In this document: in pieces, positions 54,634-64,000 of the stretch
Numbering within the stretch: position 1 is the stretch's first letter
How the letters are laid out: every line of letters begins with the position of its first letter
Notes under the pieces: model-generated
What the model saw: only the letters and a program-made list of their open reading frames with translations
The model's database searches: none
What the model was told of the DNA's origin: nothing
Position numbers and translations under genes: made by a program
From: Octopus vulgaris
Lineage: Eukaryota
Length of the DNA stretch: 64,000 nt
NCBI GenBank assembly: GCA_951406725.2
Contig: OX597823.1
Coordinates: 54,622,001 to 54,686,000, forward strand
Reading direction: 5' to 3'

Positions 54634-56061
54634 AAGTGTTTAAGAATATCGGTTCGTAAAGTTACTTTGGTCGAGTGAGGAGCAATTTAAATAAGTGGAG
54701 AATTCACAAATAGAGAAACAAAAGAACAGTACAGCAGAAAAGGCTGAAACCGGTGATAGCAGGTTTGCGGCTGAGCTTAGATCAATGGCTCTCAAGCAAT
54801 TTTATTTAGTATCCATGGGAAATTAAAAAAATAATTATAGCTGTTTGTTGCACGGGAAATTTGAATAAAACTGTGTTAAAAATAAAATCAGAGCCCAACC
54901 TCCAGAAAACTAATGTTTATCATGTTTTATTAATCACCAGCAATGCATCCCGGCGTTGCCCAGGTGTTATGACACACAGCCACGTTGTATTGGTTGTTCT
55001 TTTCTTATGGGCAGAATCGGCACAGCTGATATATAGTGAACGGGATTACTGGCGTAATGGAAGTTATTGTTTGTTTAAAAGTGAATGGTGGGGGGATACA
55101 ATTTACATGGGTTTGCATGAAAGTGCTTTCTGTTCTTAAGAAGAATCACAAACTATGCATTGTTTCATCGTATAAAAAGGGGGTTAATACGATTTTGTAT
55201 TTTGTTCAGAAATCACGTTTTCAAAATTTTAATCCCACCATTTCGAATCTTTTTTTTATCCACGTAGAAAAATACAGAGATTACGAATCTAGTTAAAAAA
55301 GATATTTTTTAAAGTTTAATTTTTCTTAAATACTCAATGCCTCTTCTCCCACCTCGCCCACCCATCATCATCGAAAAGCTAACCCCACCCAATGTTTCAC
55401 TTTCGTCTGATGTTTCATGCATGCGTAGAATTGTACTGAAATAGCAGATGTAAAAAATACCAGACCACTACCAGAAAACCCAACATGCTAGAAACAACAG
55501 GTAAAGGACATTATTTCTGAAGAAACTTCCATGCTTCCCAAAAAGCTAAAAGCAAAACATTGGAAGTTTGTAGGTTTTTGAAACTGATGAGGTGATGGGT
55601 GGATGTTTGGGAAAGTGCCTCGTTTTTATTTTTGTTCATCGTTTTTGCTTCTATCTCTTTAAATCTATATCGCGAAGATGCTTCACTTTCTAGTCCTTTC
55701 GACATACTCCTAAGGATGTACAGTTGTATACAAACGTACGTAAGTACGTACGTGCGTGTGAGTGAGTGTTATTTTCGTCGAGTTGCTCTTGCTTCTCTGT
55801 ATTTCATTTGTGAGTGCACAGGGTCTCCAGGTAAGTTATGACCGAAAAATTATGGAATTTGAAGACCCTGTTCACCCACAGGTGAAACTGAATAGCAAGA
55901 GACTGATTCGGCGAAAATAAAATATTATTTATCTTTTTTTATGATATGAGTATTTTTTTCCGGCAGTCAACACTAAACGGATATATATATATATATCTTT
56001 GAATGCAAAGATATATACATTGATATAGATATTACAGATATGTCAGCATGTCAGTATATCG

Positions 56062-56098
<37 letters not shown>

Positions 56099-56176
56099 GT
56101 CAGCATGTCGGTATATCGGAGTGTGTGTGTGTATATATACACACACACGTATCTATATGTGTGTGAGTGTATTTGA

Positions 56177-56228
<52 letters not shown>

Positions 56229-57526
56229 ATATAATATACATACACACATACACAGACATGAATATGTTTATATATGTATTAGAGACGAGTAGGAGGGAGG
56301 AAGGGAGATTCAGTGTTACGTGTGCATATATCAATAATCTAACGCTGTAAATTATGTACAATGCACATTGAAAAGACGGAAAGACTTCTGTGCAGACATA
56401 ATTTTAAACCACCCATCCACTAGCCAAAACGATTCGTTAGAATGATTATATAGAACACTAAATAGTTATTTGCTAAAGAAACAAATAGACCCTTTGATGA
56501 TACGAAGCATAGCTTCAAATTACTAACGATTTCAAAGTATAGCATTATAGAGAAATTTTGTTTGAACTTGGTTTGAGCAGATGGCGACTGAATAATTTTT
56601 TTTCTGTCTTTTCTGTTTTCCGGCAATTGAAGTGTTCGGTTCGAAGTTTGAGTGATCGAAGTGATTTTTTTTGTTGTTTTTTTAATGTTTTCTGTACCAC
56701 GTCATTCATAGTTATAGATTTTGAAGGGGCGGAACAGACTTGAAAGTGTACCAAATGCTCATAAACGACAAAGGCTACGAGATGTATAGAAGTTGATAAT
56801 AACCGTAACATACACATTGACCCACCAATCCTCACAAATATCGAATTATTTTTTTTGCGTTTTTGTTTGTCTAAACACAAGGCCAATCCTATGTTTTTAA
56901 TCTAACAAAAAGGATTAGACCACTGATTATTGACAAATATTAGGGTCTCTCCCCCAAATTATCGTGAACTTTTTTTTGCTTCATTCTCTTTATTAATGAG
57001 TGTTCGTGTACTTATGAACATGTTTGTGGGTGTCCGCAAGCAATTATAGTCTTGTTCCCCAACTTCTCACCAGACTCCAACCAAATGCCGAATATAATTT
57101 AAAGCACTGGCATATATTTAAGAGTTCCTGTGTGTCCTTAGTTCCTCTTCCATTGCTATCAGAGTGATGTATCGTCCAGTGTTTATTCTTGACTGAAGAA
57201 TCGACTACAGGTTTGGGGAAACTCCAGAGTAACAGATTACTGGATGGGTCTCAATGAATTATTGCAATCTGCGTTTGTATTAAGCAATAGATACTTCTTC
57301 CGTTCGCAACCACCGGACACACAGACACACACACGTATATATTTTAAGTTTATCTCTACAGATTATCTATAGAATTTAGAGCCAGCACTGAAAGTTAGGT
57401 TTCATATGCAAATAAGTCTATGTAAACGATGTGATCAAAGATAGTAAAATACTCGATAGTATATTATACTCGCAAAATGAAATACGGTGTTCCTACCAGC
57501 AATTAACACACACACGCATAAATATA

Positions 57527-57558
<32 letters not shown>

Positions 57559-58158
57559 CTTGAAATTTATAGAAAAACAAAAGACAATTTCAGGTGTATG
57601 AACAACAAAACAAGTGTATTAGGTTGACACCCGGAAAAATGTAAGTCTTTTACCTTTTGAGCCTATTATTCTTCAACAGAATGGAATGAAAGAAAATAAA
57701 CAGACAAAATGAAAAACTAGGAAACAAATGTATGTTTTTACACACACATATATATATATATATAGGGAGAGAGAGAAAGAAAGAAAAGGAGAATAAAATT
57801 TATAATTATAATTAACCATAATTACAATAGAGAGAACATGAGGCATCTATCTGCTAAAAAGAGGAGCTAAACCCTCAAGTAAACCTCCGAATTACACTGA
57901 AATATACAATGGATCAACAGAAATTGGGCAAGTGAGTAAGACTTATCAAAAATTATCATAGATCAAAGCTGTAGAATGTAGAATGAAGAATTGGATATAC
58001 TTGGATCATAATTTTGAGTTCTGGCTATTGCCTCAACTCTCCTCAGCAAGTATTACCATATGGAAAATGATCACACCTCATTGGAATCTGTGTAGCTCTG
58101 AATTGTCACATGTAAATTCATAATAACTTCAGTATATAATATATATATATATAAGGAG

Positions 58159-58237
<79 letters not shown>

Positions 58238-58429
58238 GTGAGTGAATGGAAGTGGTAAATGAAAAAAAGTGTCTCTCATCACCTTTGGTAGGAATTACAT
58301 TTGTTTTTAAAAATAGCTTGACTTGGCTCTCTTAGGACTTAAAATTGTGTAGGCACATAGGATGCACTCATCTCCTCAGATATTAGGAAATGAGATGGAT
58401 GCATCCAAAATGTTATTAAAATATTACGT

Positions 58430-58481
<52 letters not shown>

Positions 58482-59810
58482 ACATTACTTGATAAAAGCA
58501 TGATTAGGCTTCTAAGTATAAAGAAGACATAGTGTGAAGGGTTAAATGTCAATATGATTTACCCATAACAATGAATCCAACAATATACATATTCCCTTTT
58601 GTTTGAGGGCTCACTAGGGGCAGTGGGTTGATATGTAATAGAATGGTGAGAATTGAAAACCAAATCCCAGGATACCCAGACATCACAACCAAGCCACATA
58701 GTTCCATGTGATTTGAACATCACAGTCAGCATCAAGCCAATGTTTGAGTCAATGTTCTCAAATTTTCTTCTTGTGCCCTATAAAGGGCTACTTTTTGTGG
58801 TAATTAAATTGCAGAATGCTGAGGCAGCTGAGTGACACGTGTTTCCATTCTTACCACACTAGATGGCTCAGATAGATGACAGGAACCCTGTTGCCACGAA
58901 TATAGCACAGTTGTTTCCAGTTATATTGGGCAAACTGTATGTTGCCATATCAATAGCTTTCCATAAATTCCAAGTAGTAACTCTCTCCCAGTATCTAATT
59001 ATTGCTGTTGTTATCTGTAAAAGGCCAACACAGTTTGTTTTTGTGTGGTAATAAAATCTTCTGTTGAATGTTCGTGGGTCTTCAGTTATTTCTACACGAA
59101 GACCAAGAAACATATTTTCATTCATTAGCTCAACCAGCTACCACAGCAACTCAGCCAACTACCAAGTGACAGAAAAGTATGTAGTAATGGTGGGGAGTAT
59201 TGAAGCTAGTGAAAGTGACGGTGGTTGAATTGAGATTGATGTTGATATATTCTGATGCTGGCACACGAAAAAGGGTGGTGGTTATGATGGTGATGTGGAT
59301 AATGTTGAGGACAGCGAAATTGGTGATGGTGATGTATGCAATGGCATGATGTCAGTGGTCAGTGAGCTGAAGGAGATGGTTGTGGAGGTGATGGTACAAG
59401 GATGATGACATCAAAGTAGATGAAAGTGATGGTCATATTGGTGATGGTGGAGTGAAGGGTTGAGTGTATGGACATGTTGATGAACAGAAAAGGCTGTGAG
59501 TGTGTTAAAAAAAAACCCCAAAAATGCTTGAGAATTTTGTCACGGAAAAAAAAAAAAAGAAAATACTGTGGCGATTTAGTTACACTGTAAGAGAAAATAA
59601 AATAAATTGAAATGAATTAAGTTCTTCTTTCATGATATTAGTTCTAGAAGTTCATATTTTTTTTCCTCTACAAAATTCACATGCTAGAGGCACTTAGTTT
59701 CATTCTGAGGGTTACTGGGTTACCATCATAGTAATAGCAGCAACCATTTTAGCAGTGACAGTTGCCTTTTGTTCCTAACTAGGAATGTTGATATTAAGGA
59801 ATGACTATTA

Positions 59811-60188
59811 TCTCTATATATATATATAAACTGCAAAATGTCTGTGTGTGTGTGTGTGTGTATCCTTTATACAAATCCACAATTTTTCAGTTAGAGGGCT
59901 TGCACTTTCTATGGTCATTCAAAACCGTCCAAGGGTGGTCGTGCACATCTTTACATTTCCCCAGTCACCCCACAAAGCCATTAAAAAATCAATAGAAGTG
60001 ACTTTTTTGTGAATTTTCTATCCAAATCCCAATCAAAATGCCCGAAACTTGATATGCCAATTGAATGCCAACTAGCTGTATGTGATTGGTCAGCGATTTG
60101 GACAGTACTCGCGTGTATGTGTGCACGCACACAGCTGTATATGCATGTACTAGCACTATGACATGGTGTTGCCGGGTCATAGTGCTAG
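59811..60188 (+). mobile_element. Non-autonomous Helitron, second family
   Basis: A|TC start, degenerate hairpin GACATGGTGTTGCCGGGTC, CTAG|T end. Confidence 0.75.
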
Positions 60189-60701
60189 TTGGTCATAAAA
60201 CACCTTCACAAACAAGAAAATGTGTCTAAATTTGGTCAGTGGGTCTGTCATCATTTGGCTGTTTCTCAGCTTAATCAAAGAGTAAACTAGCTAGCAAATC
60301 TTTTCTGGATAGAATCACCACAAATGATGAAAAGTGGGTGCTCTATGATCATATCCCAATAAAACAACAATAGTATAGGTAAAGTTACCTTCTTCAGTCA
60401 TAAGGCTTCCATGGCATATAAATTCCCCTACTGGACAGGATGCCAGTCAGTCACAGCTGACAAAACACATTTGTTCCATTCCACATGAGTGAAATGGAGC
60501 AATGTGAAATGAAATGTTTGCTCAAGAACATAACGCATTACCCAGTCCAGAAATTGAAACCACATTCTTATTAACATGAGTCCAACACTCTAACCACTAA
60601 GCCATGCACCTCAACTCAAATAAAACAACAATGGTTAGCACCAAATGAAAAAGGAGAATCCATCCCTAAACCAGAACTACATACATAAAAAAGTTATTTA
60701 T

Positions 60702-60779
60702 GGGCATATGGGGTAGTGGTTAAGAGCGTCGGCTACTAACCTCAAGATTCCGAGTTCAATTCCAGGCAGTGACCTGAAA

Positions 60780-60828
<49 letters not shown>

Positions 60829-61009
60829 TCGAAAAATACCTTAGGAATGAGAACCAAGGTTCGAAATTTCCTCAAAACACCTGATGAAGGCTGGAGGGTA
60901 TATCAGCCAAAACCTAGTGTTAACAACAAACAAGATGAGGACAAATATCTTTCGATTGTAAATAATATAAATAATGTACATAATTCCTCATCTCTTAAAT
61001 ATAGAACTG
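60702..61009 (+). mobile_element. tRNA-headed SINE with (AAT)n linker and Penelope-type hammerhead-bearing tail
   Basis: A-box TGGGGTAGTGG and B-box GTTCAATTCC; AACAC-CTGATGA-A-GGCTG..CAGCC-AAAA-CC-TA-GTGTT at 60876-60921. Confidence 0.7.
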
Positions 61010-61196
61010 TATTTAAAAAGTTACGTTCTGTATGATGGCATATAAAGTGTGTCATCTCTCATGAAGTGTTAACCCAAAATGGAACAACCAATGCAGAGAA
61101 GTATTTTGGTTAACTGAAAGCATTACACAAAAAATTGGCAGAAAGTGCACTCATTATTAATCAATTATAAAGTGGTGTTACTCTTATATGATAATT

Positions 61197-61594
61197 AAGT
61201 TACCTTCTTGAGTCACACTGACTCATAAGAGCTGGCTTCCTGGTTTCATGGCATATAAATTCCTCACCTGGACAAGATGCCAGTCTGTTGCAGGATTACT
61301 CATTTTTGCCAGCTGAGTGGACTGGAGCAATGTGAAATGAGGTGTTTTGCTCAAGAATACAACACATCACCCGGTCTAGGGATCGAAACCACAATCTTAT
61401 GGGCAAGAATCCAACACTCTAACCACTAAGTGACAGACCTCCACTTGTATTTATTTCTACAGCTGAGTGGACTGGAGCTACATGATGTGAGGTGTTTTGC
61501 TCAAGAACACAACACATCATGTGGTCCAGGAATTGAAACAACCATCTTATGATAATGAGTCCGGCACCCTAACCACTAAGCCATGTGCCTCCAC
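61197..61594 (-). mobile_element. Two tRNA-derived SINE copies (same family at 60380-60615 and 37180-37410)
   Basis: Reverse-complement head TGGAGGC..TGGCTTAGTGGTTAGGGTG, B-box GTTTCGATCC, body TCTTGAGCAAAACAC. Confidence 0.75.
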
Positions 61595-63403
61595 ATACAA
61601 TAATGCAAGACCACATACTAATTAGGTTGTTCAAATAAGGATTATGCAACTAAATATAGAAATTTTACCTCAGCTTCCTTACTTACCTGACCTTGCACCA
61701 TCTATTATCTTTCTAGATCGTCTGGTCCAGGGATCAAAACCACCATCTTATGATAATGAGTCTGGCACCCTAACCACTAAGCCATTTACCTCTACATACA
61801 ATAATGCAAGACCACATACTAACTAGGTCGTTCAAATAAGTATTATGCAACTAAATATGGAAATTTTACCGCAATTCCTTACTTACCTGACCTTGCTCCA
61901 TCTATTACCTTTTTAAATCATTGCAACATTATATAAATGGGAAACTTTTTATAATTGTGGTGCACTTGAGCACTTGCAGTGCACCCAAGTACTTGTAGTG
62001 CACCTGAGCACTGTATACAATAAATTCACTCATTCATAATTGTGAAAAATAAAAAAAAAACATTATATTGATCGTTTCTTTGCCTCTGAGCACAAAGAAT
62101 TTTACACCCATTGGATCATCAGTTTGACAAATAGATGAGAGCATGTTATCAGTAATGAGGGTAAAATATTATCTTGATTAAACATATCAATTAAAACTAA
62201 AGAAGAATTTGTTTCTTTCCCGTCATGGAATGTGACAGAACTGTTTCTCCAATCTAATATATATTTTTTCAAAATTTTTCTCTTCAGAACAATTTTCCAT
62301 GGAAAGTGTGTCAGCTATTTTTTGTTAGACTTCAAGTGAACTATAAAGTCAAACAGTTTGAAAATCATTGCAGTAGAGCGTGATTTGAAGGAGGTCTTGG
62401 CTGCTATTTCTAGTTAGACTGAGTAAGATGTAACTAATATTAGATGTAACTAATATTTGTTGTAAGCGTCATTGAAATTGTTTGATAATGGTAGCAGATG
62501 TTTATTTTTGTCTGAACAGTAATTGAATAAATGACGAAAGTAGAGTTTCACCTTGGCAACCATAATGACAAGAAATGTTTAAACACACACCCACACACAC
62601 AAATACACAAAGTAAAACTGATGTCTTTTAAGAATTAATTTCAAATTACTTGCCACCACCATCTTTTTATTCTTATTACCCCTTTATTAAAAGGGGTGAC
62701 AAGAATCTGTTTTTTAGAGAATGAGAAAGAAAAAGGGAGAGAGAAATGGAGAGAGAAAGAGGGAGTATAAGTTGTGTGTGAGTGCTGTGTTGTATGTAAT
62801 TTGAGGTATTACTGATAATATTGATGTGACTGAGGGGCGTTGCAACATCAAGTTCCTGCCGTTGAAGTCCCATAGTTGGATAGGGATTTAGGGTCTGCTG
62901 TGTCAAGCTAGACCATGTTGGCACAGATCAGCAGTCAGTAAATTGACCAACACTTTTATCAACCCTGGAAAGATAAATGGTAAAGTTGACCCTGTTGTGA
63001 TGTGAACTCAGAACATCAAAAGCCAGTTCAAATTCAATAATGTACTTTCTTTTTAGCCAATGCTCAACGATTCTGCCAATCCACTGTTCCAAATTGCCTA
63101 TAGCTACAATGAGAGAATAAATTAACCATTACCAATTTCCTAATATTTAAATGAATGTATATGTGTTCCAAGGCCACAAGGAGAAGGTCATGCACTATAT
63201 GGCTTTCTTTTGAAATTTGTTTGGTTTAGTACCTGACAGAAAGCTTAGGAATATTATATACCCTCCAAACACTGTAACAATCACTGGGAAAAGTTAGTAA
63301 TTAGTAAAATTTGGTTATGGTAATTAGTAAATTAGTACAGTAGTTTGAAAAAAAATACTTATCATCCCTATATAACACAGATATACATACATACATTGTA
63401 TAT

Positions 63404-64000
63404 ACAGAGTGTGAGGGTTGCTTTTGATTTTGTTGACTACAAAGTATAGTTGGGCATCATCTGTAACAAAAACAGCACCATGAAGCAATTCACTCTGCCA
63501 GAAATTTGGAAATGACATACTGTACTGCTTGGCATTCACACTGGAAGCTCCAATATGAACATTTCAAAGTGCTTGACTGTCACTCTGAGGACAGTGCAGA
63601 GGATTTGGAAAGAGTTGGATGAGTCTAATGGTGATTATGAAGGTATGGCAGCTTGGAAAACTCACTTTGATTGTTTTGGTAAAAAAAGAACTCCTGAATT
63701 TGTTGGTGAGATCCAGGCCATGATTGACAATGATCCTTCCAAGTCAATCCGGTCCATCACCAGGGTCATAGGAGCGTCTGAATTTCTTATCAGGCAAGTA
63801 GTGCATGAAGAGATTCAGTATTCCTCATACAAGATGACAAAGGACCAATTTTTATCCCAAGCCATCACGGACAGGAGGAAAGACCATGCTACAAAGCTTT
63901 TAAACAAACTCAAGCATCCCCTCCAACCGAACATGCTTTGGTTTTTCTCAGATGAGAAAAATTTCTGCCAGGATCAGATGGTGAACACACAGAACAACTG
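63404..64000 (+). mobile_element. Tc1/mariner-superfamily transposon, 5' part (runs off the window)
   Basis: ATG at 63480, premature TGA at 63513-63515, then an open frame to the window end with HTH-like segments and the first catalytic motif WFFSDEKNF; TA|CAG left end. Confidence 0.85.

Larger units (their letters stand above)
60190..62259 (+). mobile_element. Decayed mariner transposase and right TIR, interrupted by several SINEs and a tandem duplication
   Basis: Motifs DRITTNDEKWVLYD, QQWLAPNE..PKPELH, YDN/NARPHT and PYLPDLAPS (canonical YSPDLAPSD); ends ..CCAATCTAATA|TA. Confidence 0.85.

Noticed and set aside
55584-55625. CTGATGAG as a hammerhead core (also at 33659)
   Set aside because: No stem II followed by GAAA and no closing stems.
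58557-59463. piggyBac transposase remnant
   Set aside because: Only vague motifs and degenerate TTAA-like ends; not supportable without a search.

Overview
AT-rich, repeat-saturated eukaryotic DNA with no intact long ORF. The SINE families and microsatellite load look like an Octopus (coleoid cephalopod) genome; this is recognition from memory, not a database result. The window is intronic or intergenic and contains: dozens of tRNA-derived SINEs of several families; at least 7 non-autonomous Helitrons; hAT, GG-ended/8-bp-TSD and CAC-ended MITEs; decayed Tc1/mariner and hAT transposases; LINE fragments (R4/Dong-type in a TAA tract, Tx1/L1, CR1, RTE); a Gypsy pol remnant; and many microsatellites, which account for most of the ORF track. 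Main observations: (1) several short Penelope-like families carry minimal type-I hammerhead ribozyme motifs and form head-to-head palindromes in (AT)n tracts; (2) one tRNA-headed SINE ends in a Penelope-type hammerhead tail; (3) the 3' end of a Tx1/L1-type LINE matches the tail of the youngest SINE subfamily, suggesting its mobilising partner. A few minus-strand exon candidates may belong to a host gene, but this is unconfirmed.
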